Assembly (NCBI GenBank): GCA_046735115.1
Contig: JBKPSR010000012.1
Span: 3,317-67,316 of the forward strand
Direction: 5' to 3'
Origin: Actinomycetota bacterium
Lineage (GTDB): Bacteria; Actinomycetota; Thermoleophilia; Solirubrobacterales; Thermoleophilaceae
Length of the DNA: 64,000 nucleotides
A program made the position numbers and the translations under genes. Under the pieces are notes generated by a model. That model had not been told where the DNA came from. It made no database searches and saw only the letters and a list, made by a program, of their open reading frames with translations. Positions within the stretch are counted from its first letter, which is position 1; every line of letters begins with the position of its first letter. Below are positions 36,247 to 45,289 of this stretch, piece by piece.

Positions 36247-37469
36247 CGCTCCGACTCCGTGCGGGCCGCCGCGACCGCCGGCGGTGGGGTGCCGCGTTTC
36301 ATGACCCCGCGCCCGCGCCGGATAAGCCCGAGCACGATCACGTCGGCGCTTACGATCAGGATGACGAGGCCCTGAATGATGTAGGTGAGGTTCTGGGCGA
36401 GCGACGGCTCGAAGATCGCCGGGTCGAGGTTTCGCTGCGACGTGCCGCTGAGGAGCGCGCCGAACAGCAATGCCGCAGCGACCGTGCCGACCGCCGTGTT
36501 GCGGCCCAGCAGCGCCACGGCGATCCCGAAGAACCCGATCAACGTGATCTGGATGTCGACCGTCGCGATCCGGAACTGCCAACCCAGGATGTCCATCGCA
36601 CCCGCCAGCCCGGCGAACACACCGCACACCGCCATCACGAAGATGTAGTTCTTGCCCACGTTCATGCCGCTGTAGCGCGCTGCCTCAGGGTTGAAGCCGA
36701 CCGCCCGAACCTCGTAGCCGATCGTCGATCGGTTCAGCAGGATCCAGAACACGACTACGGCGAAGAGTGCGATGAACAGTCCGATGTGGAGGCCCTGCAG
36801 CACCGGGTCGCCCCAGAACACCGGCAGCTTCGCGCCCTCGACAATGTCATTCGAGACCGGGAGCGACTTCTCGGCGTCGTTCTGAAGCGGGCCACCCTGC
36901 GAAAACAGCCACACCCCCACCCAGACGGCGATCCAGTTCAGCATGATCGTGCTGATCACCTCGTGGGCGCCGGTCGTGGCCTTCAGGACCCCGGCGATCC
37001 CCGCCCAGAGCGCGCCGGCGGCGCAGGCCGCGAGGATCGCCAGCACGATGTGGAGGACGCTCGGCATGTCGGCGAACGACGAGCCCACCCAGACGGCCGC
37101 GATCGAACCCATGATGTACTGGCCGTTGCCGCCGATGTTGAACAGCCCGGCGCGGAACGCGAACGCCACCGCGAGGCCGGTCAGGATCAGCGGCGTCGTG
37201 ATGATCAGCGTCTGCTGGAGGTTCGTCGCCGCGAGGTCGCGATCAGCCCCCGTGGTCCAGGGGAACAGCCACTGGAGCCCGGTCCCCTTCCAGATCGCCT
37301 CGTAGGTCGCGATCGGGTCCTTGCCCGTTAACAGCATCACGAGCCCACCGGCGATGAAGGCGAGCAGGGTGGTCAGCAGGGGGACGATCACGCCGCCGCC
37401 GCGGACGTACGCGGCCAGCCGCGAGGCCGGTGTGGTGGCTACGGCTCCCGGGTCCTCGGTGGCGCTCAA
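36243..37469 (-). CDS. ABC transporter permease (BMP/nucleoside-type, first)
   Basis: 408 aa, multi-TM. The TTG start overlaps the ATPase TGA. Confidence 0.85.
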   Translation of the reverse strand: MSATEDPGAVATTPASRLAAYVRGGGVIVPLLTTLLAFIAGGLVMLLTGKDPIATYEAIWKGTGLQWLFPWTTGADRDLAATNLQQTLIITTPLILTGLAVAFAFRAGLFNIGGNGQYIMGSIAAVWVGSSFADMPSVLHIVLAILAACAAGALWAGIAGVLKATTGAHEVISTIMLNWIAVWVGVWLFSQGGPLQNDAEKSLPVSNDIVEGAKLPVFWGDPVLQGLHIGLFIALFAVVVFWILLNRSTIGYEVRAVGFNPEAARYSGMNVGKNYIFVMAVCGVFAGLAGAMDILGWQFRIATVDIQITLIGFFGIAVALLGRNTAVGTVAAALLFGALLSGTSQRNLDPAIFEPSLAQNLTYIIQGLVILIVSADVIVLGLIRRGRGVMKRGTPPPAVAAARTESER

Positions 37470-38998
37470 GCCGCCGCCCGGCCGCCCCCGCGGCCGCCCG
37501 TCATCGCCACGCCGAGCTCTTCCTCGGAAACGTCGGGCGGGAACTCCGCCACGATCTCGCCCTCGTACATGACGAGAATCCGGTCAGCCAGAGCGCGGAT
37601 CTCCTCGAACTCGAGTGACACCAGCAGGATCCCCCGCCCCCTGTCGCGCTCCTCGAGCAGCCGCCGGTGCACGAACTCGATGGCTCCCACGTCCAGCCCA
37701 CGCGTCGGCTGGTGCGCGATCAGCAGCTTCGGGTTGCTGGCAATCTCGCGGGCCACCGCGACCTTCTGCTGGTTCCCTCCGGAAAGGGCGCTCGCGAGCG
37801 TGCCGGGGTCACCGCCGCGCACGTCGTACTCCCTGAGCAGCACACGCGCCCGCTCGGTCATACCGCCGACTGAGAGCAGGCCGCGGTTCGAGATTGGCGG
37901 GTTGCGATACTCGCGCAGCGCGAGGTTCTCGGCCAGCGTGAAGTCGAGCACGAGGCCGCAGAGCTGGCGATCCTCGGGGATGTGCGCCACGCCGGCCTCC
38001 GTGGTGGCGCGAACGCCCTGCCCAGAGACGTCCTGTCCGGCGATGGACACACGGCCGGTGTCGGGCACGACCACCCCGGCAATCGCTTGCACCAGCTCGA
38101 GCTGGCCATTGCCATCCACACCGGCAATCGCCACGACCTCGCCGCCGCGAACAGCGAGCGACACGTCCTTAACGGCGTCGAGCCCGCGCTGGTCGCGCAC
38201 GCGGAGGGTCTCCACCTCGAGCATCGGCTCGCCGGGCTTGGCCGTCTCCTTTTCGACTCTGAGCAGAACCTCGCGCCCGACCATCAGCCGCGCGAGACTC
38301 TCCTCGGTGGCCCCCTCAGTGGGCACCGTGTCGATCCGCTTCCCGCGGCGGAGCACGGTCACGCGCTCCGATATCTCGAGCACCTCGTTCAGTTTGTGGC
38401 TGATGAAGACGATCGACACGCCGTCCTTCGTCAGCGCGCGCAGCACCTCGAAGAGCTCGTGGCTCTCCTGCGCCGTCAGGACGGCCGTCGGCTCGTCGAG
38501 AATGAGGATGCGGGCGTCGCGGTAGAGCGTCTTCAGGATCTCTACCCGCTGCTGCATCCCCACGGACACCTGCTCGATCACGGCGTCGGGGTCCACGGCG
38601 AGGCCGTAGCGGTCGGACAGCTCCTTCACCCGCCGAGCGCCCTCGCGCGTGTCAAGCAGCGCGCCGCGCGTCGGCTCCTCGCCGAGCACGATGTTCTCGG
38701 TCACCGTCATCACCGGCACGAGCATGAAGTGCTGGTGGACCATGCCGATGCCGAGGTCGATCGCCCTGGAGGGCGAGTCGACCTCGACCGGCTCTCCGTT
38801 GACGCGGATCTCGCCCTCGTCCGGGCTGTAGAGCCCGTAGAGGATCGACATCAGCGTCGACTTGCCCGCCCCGTTCTCGCCGAGCAGAGCATGAACCTCA
38901 CCCGGGCGGAGATCGAAGTCGATCCGGTCGTTGGCGACGACCGGACCGAACCTCTTCGTGATTCCGCGTAGTTCGAGAGCGGGTGCTTCGGACTGCAC
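37466..38998 (-). CDS. ABC transporter ATP-binding protein, duplicated ATPase (sugar/nucleoside type)
   Basis: 510 aa. Walker A ..GENGAGKST.., Walker B ..ILILDEPT.., second-half signature ..LSGGNQQK.. and ..LLIAHQPTRGLD... Confidence 0.92.
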   Translation of the reverse strand: MQSEAPALELRGITKRFGPVVANDRIDFDLRPGEVHALLGENGAGKSTLMSILYGLYSPDEGEIRVNGEPVEVDSPSRAIDLGIGMVHQHFMLVPVMTVTENIVLGEEPTRGALLDTREGARRVKELSDRYGLAVDPDAVIEQVSVGMQQRVEILKTLYRDARILILDEPTAVLTAQESHELFEVLRALTKDGVSIVFISHKLNEVLEISERVTVLRRGKRIDTVPTEGATEESLARLMVGREVLLRVEKETAKPGEPMLEVETLRVRDQRGLDAVKDVSLAVRGGEVVAIAGVDGNGQLELVQAIAGVVVPDTGRVSIAGQDVSGQGVRATTEAGVAHIPEDRQLCGLVLDFTLAENLALREYRNPPISNRGLLSVGGMTERARVLLREYDVRGGDPGTLASALSGGNQQKVAVAREIASNPKLLIAHQPTRGLDVGAIEFVHRRLLEERDRGRGILLVSLEFEEIRALADRILVMYEGEIVAEFPPDVSEEELGVAMTGGRGGGRAAA

Positions 38999-39004
38999 TC
39001 CTGG

Positions 39005-40042
39005 CTACTTGACCGTGTCGGGGATTTTGCTGATCTTGCCGGAGGCGATGTCGTCCTGGATCTTCTTGATCTGGGCGGCGTACTTCTGACCCTCGGGGCT
39101 GATCTTGCCGATGCCCACCCCGCCGTTCTTCACGGTGGCGATCACGTCGGTGCCGCCCTTGAACTTGCCGTCCTGATCACGCTTGATCGCGTCGAGCACG
39201 GCCACGTCGACCTTCTTCAGGGCCGAGGTGAGGATGTGCGGGCCGAGGTAGGACTGGTCGGCGTCCACGCCGATCCCCTGGACGCCCTTCTCCTTGGCGG
39301 CGTCGAGCGCACCGAGCCCGCACTGCCCGGCCACCTGGAAGACGACCTTGGCGCCCTGGGCGATCTGGTTGAGCGCGATCTCCTTGCACTTCGCCTGGTC
39401 GACGAAGTCCTGCGAGTAGCCGTTCAGGACCTGGATGCCGGGGTTCGCGGCCTTCGCGCCGGCCCGGTAGCCCGCGATGTAGTGGTCCACAGGGGGAATC
39501 TTCTCGCCGCCGACGCTCGAGATCGCCTTCGCGTTGTTGTCCTTGGCCCAGAGCCCGGCCAGGTAGCCAACGAGGTATCCCGCCTCCTGCTCCTTGAAGA
39601 GGAGCCCCTGCACGTTCTGCGGCTTGTCCTTCAGCGCGGTTGCCGAGAAGTCCACGATGGCGAAGTTTGAGTTCGGGAACTTGCCGGCAACAGTGTTCGT
39701 CGCGTCTCCCATGCGGAAGCCGACGGAAACGATCATGTTGTACTGCTGCTGGCCGAGCGTGCTCAGGTTCGGGACGTAGTCGGCGTTCGACTTCGAGAGC
39801 AGGACGCGGCCCTGGACTCCGAGCTGCGACTCCGCGTCCTCGAGGCCCTTGTTCGCAAGAAAGTTGAAGGAGCGGTCGTTCAGGCCGCCGATGTCGGTCA
39901 CTACGCCGGCCTTGATCGACTTGCCCTCGGACGTCGAGGTGCTTCCGCCTCCGCCGCTGTCGTCATCGTCGCCGCAGGCGGCGACCCCGAGTGCGAGCGC
40001 GGCAAGCAGCGCGAGTAGCAAGAAACGGAAGGGCTTGGGCAC
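39005..40042 (-). CDS. BMP-family (PnrA/Med-like) nucleoside-binding lipoprotein
   Basis: Signal peptide with lipobox ..LALGVAAC.. and a GDDDDSGGG linker. ..VTDIGGLNDRSFN.. is typical of the BMP family. Confidence 0.9.
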   Translation of the reverse strand: MPKPFRFLLLALLAALALGVAACGDDDDSGGGGSTSTSEGKSIKAGVVTDIGGLNDRSFNFLANKGLEDAESQLGVQGRVLLSKSNADYVPNLSTLGQQQYNMIVSVGFRMGDATNTVAGKFPNSNFAIVDFSATALKDKPQNVQGLLFKEQEAGYLVGYLAGLWAKDNNAKAISSVGGEKIPPVDHYIAGYRAGAKAANPGIQVLNGYSQDFVDQAKCKEIALNQIAQGAKVVFQVAGQCGLGALDAAKEKGVQGIGVDADQSYLGPHILTSALKKVDVAVLDAIKRDQDGKFKGGTDVIATVKNGGVGIGKISPEGQKYAAQIKKIQDDIASGKISKIPDTVK

Positions 40043-40079
40043 GGTTCAGTCTCCTCGTTGAGTCACGAACTTCGCCACC

Positions 40080-41102
40080 CTACACAGTTTCGATTAACCG
40101 CTGTTTGAGCGCTTCTTCGCAGAACGCGGCCTCTATGGCGGTGCGCGTGATTTCGCGCAGTTCGTCGTCGCCGAAGCCGAAGTGCTCGCGGCAGATCTGG
40201 TACTCGCCGCCGATCGAGGCGCCGAAGTAGGGCGGATCGTCCGACCCCAGCGTGACCCTGACGCCGGCGGCCGCGAGCCTGGGGAGCGGGTGCTCGCCGT
40301 AGGTCGGGTAGATGCCGAGCACGACGTTGCTCGTTGGGCAGCATTCGAGGTAGATGCCGCGCTCGGCGAGCTCCTCCACGAGCTCGGGGTCCTCGATCGA
40401 GCGAACCCCGTGGCCGATGCGGCTCACCGGCAGCTCGAGGCCGCCGCGCACGCTCTCGGGGCCGGCCCACTCGCCCGCGTGAACGGTGCAGCCGAGGCCG
40501 GCGTCCGCGGCGATCCGGAAGGCGTCGGCGTAGGCGGCGGGCGGATAGTTCTCCTCGTCGCCGGCCATCGAGAACCCGACGATGTAGGGATGCGTGCGCT
40601 CTGCGGCGTAGCGTGAGACGCGCAGGGCGGGCTCGACGCCGAAGTTGCGCACGCACGAGATCAGGATGCGGCCCTCGATCCCCGCGTCGCGGCGTGCGTC
40701 GTCGATGCCGCGCGCGATGCCGTCGATGTGCTCGTCGTCGGTGAGCCCGACGAGCCGGGCGTGGTCGGGCGAGGCGGTTAGCTCGACGTAGATGGTCCCC
40801 TCGCCCGCGCATCGCATCAGGTACTCGTAGGTGATGTCGCGGTAGTCCTCCGCGGTGCGGATGACGCTCGCCGCCTTGTCGTAGGTGTCGAGGAAATCGA
40901 GGAAGTCGCGGTACGCGAAGCGGTCGGGCGCGGCGAGGAGGCCCCCGGGCAGCTCGAGCCCGTTGCGCTCCGCGATGCGCCGGATGAGGTCGGGCGGAGC
41001 GGAGCCCTCGAGGTGCACGTGGAGCTCGACCTTGGGGACCCCGCCGTCGGTCGAGCTAACCGCATGACCTCGAGCACGGCCGGCTTCCCCCAGCCCCCTC
41101 AC
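40080..41102 (-). CDS. add: Adenosine deaminase
   Basis: ..PKVELHVHLEGS.., ..CTVHAGEW.., ..TLGSDDPPYFG... ATGA overlap with the deoA stop. Confidence 0.9.
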   Translation of the reverse strand: MRGLGEAGRARGHAVSSTDGGVPKVELHVHLEGSAPPDLIRRIAERNGLELPGGLLAAPDRFAYRDFLDFLDTYDKAASVIRTAEDYRDITYEYLMRCAGEGTIYVELTASPDHARLVGLTDDEHIDGIARGIDDARRDAGIEGRILISCVRNFGVEPALRVSRYAAERTHPYIVGFSMAGDEENYPPAAYADAFRIAADAGLGCTVHAGEWAGPESVRGGLELPVSRIGHGVRSIEDPELVEELAERGIYLECCPTSNVVLGIYPTYGEHPLPRLAAAGVRVTLGSDDPPYFGASIGGEYQICREHFGFGDDELREITRTAIEAAFCEEALKQRLIETV

Positions 41103-42421
41103 CTCATCACCTCGAGCACCGGCGGCGGTGAGTCCGCGGCGGCGTCGCCGAGCCGGTAGGCGTCGCGCAGTGCGGCCACCGCGCGGAGCGCCGACTCAAC
41201 ATCCCGCGCATGAACCTGAGCGAGCGGGCGAGCCCCGGGCGCGACCTCCTCGCCCGGCGCCGCTATCTCGGTCAGCCCCACCGAGTGATCGACGCGGTCC
41301 GTCTCCTTTGTCCGGCCTCCACCGAGCGCGACCACCGCGAGGCCCACCGCGCGGACGTCGACGCTTGACACCGTGCCGCCCTCCTCCGGCTCGGCCGCCA
41401 CGGTGACGGGAGCCACGCGCAGATGGCGACCGGGCGCCTCCAGGAGGTCGGCTGGGCCACCGAGCTCCGTGACCATCGCCGCGAAGCGCTCGGCCGCGGC
41501 GCCGCCGTCGAGGGCCTGCTCGGCGGCCTGGCGGGCGGCGGCCGCGTCCGGCTGGAGGCCGCCGAGCACGAGCAGCTCGGCGCTGAGGGCGAGGGTGATC
41601 TCGCGGAGGCGCTCGTCGCTCGCGGCGCCGGTCAGGTGCTCGACCGACTCGTGCACCTCGACGGCGTTGCCGGCCGTCCGACCGAGCACGCGGTCCATGT
41701 CGGTGAGGATCGCCGTGGTGCGGAGCCCGTTGCCGGTGGCCACCTCGACTATCCCGCGCGCGAGCTCCTCGGTCTCCTCGCGGTTCGTGAAGAACGCTCC
41801 CGAGCCGACCTTGACGTCCATGACGAGCGCGTCGAGCCCCGCGGCGAGCTTCTTCGAGAGGATCGACGCGACGATCAGCGGGATGGACTCGACCGTCCCG
41901 GTGGCGTCGCGGATCGCGTAGAGGCGGCGGTCCGCCGGCGCGAGGCGGCCCGTCTGGCCGACGATGGCGGCGCCCGCGCTCGCCACGGCCTGGCGAAACC
42001 TGTGCGGGTCCGGCGTGGTTTCGTAGCCGGGGATCGACTCGAGCTTGTCGAGCGTCCCGCCGGTATGGCCGAGGCCGCGGCCCGAGATCATCGGGACGGC
42101 TCCCCCGCACGCCGCCACGATCGGGGGGAGCAGCAGGCTCACCTTGTCCCCGACCCCGCCCGTCGAGTGCTTGTCGAGGACGGGTCCCGACAGGCCCGCG
42201 TTCGACCAGTCGAGGACGTCGCCGGAGTCCCGCATGGCTCCGGTGAGCGCGATCCGCTCGGCAGGCGTCATCCCGTTGAGCACTATCGCCATGGCGAGGG
42301 CACCAACCTGTGCATCGCTGACCGTGCCGTCCGCGATGCCGTCGACGAGCTCGCGGATCTGCTCGTCCTCGAGCGCGCCGCCGTCGCGCTTGATGCGGAT
42401 GAGGTCCGGCACGTAGGTCAC
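41099..42421 (-). CDS. deoA: Thymidine/pyrimidine-nucleoside phosphorylase
   Basis: GTG at 42421 (VTYVPDLIRIKRDGG..). ..LDKHSTGGVGDKVSL.., ..MISGRGLGHTGGTLDKL... Confidence 0.9.
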   Translation of the reverse strand: MTYVPDLIRIKRDGGALEDEQIRELVDGIADGTVSDAQVGALAMAIVLNGMTPAERIALTGAMRDSGDVLDWSNAGLSGPVLDKHSTGGVGDKVSLLLPPIVAACGGAVPMISGRGLGHTGGTLDKLESIPGYETTPDPHRFRQAVASAGAAIVGQTGRLAPADRRLYAIRDATGTVESIPLIVASILSKKLAAGLDALVMDVKVGSGAFFTNREETEELARGIVEVATGNGLRTTAILTDMDRVLGRTAGNAVEVHESVEHLTGAASDERLREITLALSAELLVLGGLQPDAAAARQAAEQALDGGAAAERFAAMVTELGGPADLLEAPGRHLRVAPVTVAAEPEEGGTVSSVDVRAVGLAVVALGGGRTKETDRVDHSVGLTEIAAPGEEVAPGARPLAQVHARDVESALRAVAALRDAYRLGDAAADSPPPVLEVMR

Positions 42422-42485
42422 GCCCGCACGGCTCCGTTCGCGAGGTCGACGGCGGCGCGCCGGCGGCCGCAAGGCGCCTCGCGGC

Positions 42486-43325
42486 TCACTCGGCGAGGTC
42501 CTCGACGAACCGAACCAGCAGCGGCGCCAGCGCGTCCGCGGCGCGGTGTGCGTCCCGGAGCGTCTGCTCGTGGCTGAGCGGCTCGTCGCCCATCCCCTCG
42601 GCGAGGTTCGTGATGGCGGAGACCGCCGCCACGCGCAGTCCTGCGTGACGCGCGACCGCGGTTTCGTGAACGGTCGACATCCCGACCGCGTCGGCGCCGA
42701 GCTTCGCGAAGGCGCGGATCTCGGCAGGCGTCTCGAAGGCCGGGCCGGCAACGCCCAGGTACACGCCCTCGGCCAAATCGGTGCCGAGCTCGGCGGCCGC
42801 GGCGCGCAGCCGCTCGCGCAGCTCGGGGTCGTAGGCGTCGAGGAGGCTCGGGAAGCGGGGACCGATCTCGTCGTCGTTCGGCCCGGCCAGGACGTTGACG
42901 CCGCTCATGTTGATGTGATCGGTGATCAGCATGAGCTGCCCCGAGCCGACCTCAGGGCGGAGCGACCCGGCCGCGTTGGTCAGCACGAGGATCTCGGCGT
43001 CGGCGGAGCGCAGGGCGCGGATCGGAGTGCGGATGGCGTCGAGGTCGGCGCCCTCATACACGTGCGCGCGACCCTGGAGCACGGCGACCGGCACGTCCCC
43101 GATGCGGCCCAGCACAGCCCGGCCGCCGTGCCCGGCGACGGTCGGTCGCGGGAAGCCGGGCAGGTCGGCGTAGTCGATCACGGTCGCGTCCTTCACGGCG
43201 TCCGCCACGGCGCCGAGCCCAGAGCCCAGCACGATCCCGACGCGCGGGCGGAGACCCGAGCGCTCGGTCATCACGGACGCGGCCTCCCGGTGCGCGCCCC
43301 GCACGGCAGCCGGATCGGCGCTCAT
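42486..43325 (-). CDS. punA: Purine nucleoside phosphorylase (trimeric PunA type)
   Basis: ATG at 43325 overlaps the cdd TGA. ..GIVLGSGLG.., ..VAGHGGRAVLG.., ..LTNAAGSL.., ..GMSTVHET... Confidence 0.9.
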   Translation of the reverse strand: MSADPAAVRGAHREAASVMTERSGLRPRVGIVLGSGLGAVADAVKDATVIDYADLPGFPRPTVAGHGGRAVLGRIGDVPVAVLQGRAHVYEGADLDAIRTPIRALRSADAEILVLTNAAGSLRPEVGSGQLMLITDHINMSGVNVLAGPNDDEIGPRFPSLLDAYDPELRERLRAAAAELGTDLAEGVYLGVAGPAFETPAEIRAFAKLGADAVGMSTVHETAVARHAGLRVAAVSAITNLAEGMGDEPLSHEQTLRDAHRAADALAPLLVRFVEDLAE

Positions 43326-44452
43326 CCGGGCGGCTCGAACTCGAACGCGAGCGGAAGCAGCTCGCCAACCGTCGTGGTGCGACGCGGCCCGCCGGGCCTG
43401 CCGAGATGCACCGGCGTGTCGGGCTTCGCGAACTCCGCAAGCCGCTGCCGGCAGCCGCCGCATGGGGGGCACATCTCCGCGCGCTCCGCGACGACCGCGA
43501 CCTCGGTGATCTCCGTCTGCCCGGCCGCGACCAGAACCCCGATCGCGGACGTCTCCGCACACTGTCCCTGTGGGTAGGCGGCGTTCTCGACGTTCGAGCC
43601 CGCGTAGACCCGCCCGTCGGCGCCGCGAACAGCCGCCCCGACGGGGAAGTGCGAGTAGGGAACATGCGCGGTCCGCATGACGGCGTCGGCGGCGCGAAGC
43701 AGCTCCTCGGCCGAGTCGGCGTCGGCGGCGCGAAGCAGCTCCTCGGCCGGGTCGGCGTCGGCGGCCCCCGCGATACGGTCCCCCGACCCTTCCGCGCCGG
43801 CGCCCACCCCAGCGGCTTCCCCACCGAGGGCGCGCGCACCGGCTGCGCCGGCTGCTTCGGTAGCGCTGCCATTCCGCGTGGCTTCCGCGCCGCCAGTGCC
43901 CGCCGCACCGACCCCCGTCTCAGCCGGCGTGCTCACGTACCGGACGAGGTCCGCGTAGCTCGTCGCGACCAGGTCGGCCTCCTCTATCCCGAGCTCGTGT
44001 CGGAGCCGCTCGACCTTCTCGCGCTCCTCGGTCAGGTCGGACTCCGAATCGGCGAGCGCCTCGATCTCGAGATAGCTCCCCAGGCCGTCGACCTCGTCGA
44101 GATGGATCCGCACCCCCTCCCACAGCAGCACCCTTCGCCGCTTCGTAACGGTCACGTCTGCTCCATACGCGGAGTCGAGCGCCTCGCGTAACGGTGCGGC
44201 ATCCGCGACGGGCACGCGGCGGTATGTGCTCGTGCGGGCCTCGGTGGAGTCGGCTCGCGAGTACTCGATGAGCTCGTCGAACAGAGGCGGCCCGTCGGTC
44301 TCCTGCTCGCGCAGCTTGAGCCGGTCGCGGGCGCCGGCGAAATAGGTGTCGCGCTGCCTGATCTCGCCGATGTCCTCGGCGCCGATCGCGAGCGCGCGGT
44401 CGAGCGTGCGGGCCGGGTCAGGGTCGCGCGCCTTCAGCTCGATGTTGCGCAT
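43322..44452 (-). CDS. cdd: CYTH (CyaB/triphosphate-tunnel)-domain - cytidine deaminase fusion protein
   Basis: One uninterrupted frame. N-domain MRNIELKAR.., ..IRQRDTYF.., ..LKLRE.., ..KRRRVLLWEGVRIHLDEVDGLGSYLEIEA.. is CYTH. A ~75-aa Gly/Ala linker follows. C-domain ..HVPYSHFPVGAAV.., ..GQCAETSAI.., ..MCPPCGGCRQ.. carries the Cdd zinc motifs. Confidence 0.8.
   Translation of the reverse strand: MRNIELKARDPDPARTLDRALAIGAEDIGEIRQRDTYFAGARDRLKLREQETDGPPLFDELIEYSRADSTEARTSTYRRVPVADAAPLREALDSAYGADVTVTKRRRVLLWEGVRIHLDEVDGLGSYLEIEALADSESDLTEEREKVERLRHELGIEEADLVATSYADLVRYVSTPAETGVGAAGTGGAEATRNGSATEAAGAAGARALGGEAAGVGAGAEGSGDRIAGAADADPAEELLRAADADSAEELLRAADAVMRTAHVPYSHFPVGAAVRGADGRVYAGSNVENAAYPQGQCAETSAIGVLVAAGQTEITEVAVVAERAEMCPPCGGCRQRLAEFAKPDTPVHLGRPGGPRRTTTVGELLPLAFEFEPPG
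43682..43765. repeat. 36-bp in-frame tandem duplication (2.3 copies) inside the CYTH-cdd gene
   Basis: 43682-43717 and 43718-43753 differ at 1 nt, and 12 more nt repeat at 43754-43765. It encodes D(P/S)AEELLRAADA x2 immediately before the Cdd core. Confidence 0.9.
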
Positions 44453-44491
44453 GGAGACATCCAAGGGCCTCGCGAGGTTATCGTCGCACCC

Positions 44492-45121
44492 ATGCCTCAG
44501 GGTCTTGTGATCGTCGAGCATCCCGTTCTCGCCGACCGGCTGACCGTCATGCGCGACCGCTCCACAGGTCACGGCGAGTTCCGCCAGGCGCTGTTCGAGG
44601 CCTCGGCGATCCTCGCCGTCGAGGCAGCCCGCGACCTGCCCGTGACCGAGGTGAGCATCGACACCCCGCTCGAGCCGACCACCGGCAGCCGTCTCCCCAC
44701 CGAGATCACGATCGTGCCCGTGCTACGAGCCGGGCTCGGCATGGTCGACGGCTTCCTGCGACTACTGCCCGGCGCGCGCGTGGGCCACGTGGGCGTCTAC
44801 CGGGACGAGGAGGAGCACCGGCCGGTCGACTACTACGAGCGCCTACCGCCGAAGCTCGCGGAGGCGCACGTGTTCGTGGTCGACCCGATGCTCGCCACCG
44901 GCGGGAGCGCGGTACACGCCGCCGACAAGCTCAAGGCGGCGGGCGCCCGCCGCATTTCCCTGGTCTGCCTCGTGGTGGCACCCGAGGGCGTGGAGGCGAT
45001 GGAGAAGGCACATCCCGACGTGCCGATCTGGACCGCCGCGATCGACCGCGAGCTGGACGAGAACGCCTACATACGTCCCGGCCTGGGAGACGCGGGCGAC
45101 CGGGTCTTCGGGACGCAGTAG
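44492..45121 (+). CDS. upp: Uracil phosphoribosyltransferase
   Basis: 209 aa. ..IVPVLRAGLGM.., ..VVDPMLATGGSA.., ..YIRPGLGDAGDR... Confidence 0.95.
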   Translation: MPQGLVIVEHPVLADRLTVMRDRSTGHGEFRQALFEASAILAVEAARDLPVTEVSIDTPLEPTTGSRLPTEITIVPVLRAGLGMVDGFLRLLPGARVGHVGVYRDEEEHRPVDYYERLPPKLAEAHVFVVDPMLATGGSAVHAADKLKAAGARRISLVCLVVAPEGVEAMEKAHPDVPIWTAAIDRELDENAYIRPGLGDAGDRVFGTQ

Positions 45122-45137
45122 GGCGACCTGACGCCGG

Positions 45138-45162
45138 CGCCCGGAGCACCGCGAGCCGGGCG
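45138..45162. terminator. GC hairpin downstream of upp (possible terminator)
   Basis: CGCCCGG (45138-44) / CCGGGCG (45156-62) form a 7-bp stem with an 11-nt loop, 17 nt after the upp stop in a convergent gap. No T-tract. Confidence 0.2.
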
Positions 45163-45289
45163 GGTCGCGATCGGCGAACGACGGGCATCGAGGTCGGGCC
45201 TGGGTCGATTCTTCGTCGATATGACAAAAGCGTCCAGGACCCCGGCACGGCGCGGATCGCCACCCCTTCACCGCTGTCGTAAGGCCTCG

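Noticed and set aside
45122-45289. 168-bp convergent gap (upp/tilS) inspected for a tRNA or small RNA gene
   Set aside because: No cloverleaf-compatible arms or T-loop consensus (GTTCRANYC) were found. It holds only a weak GC hairpin, listed as a low-confidence terminator.
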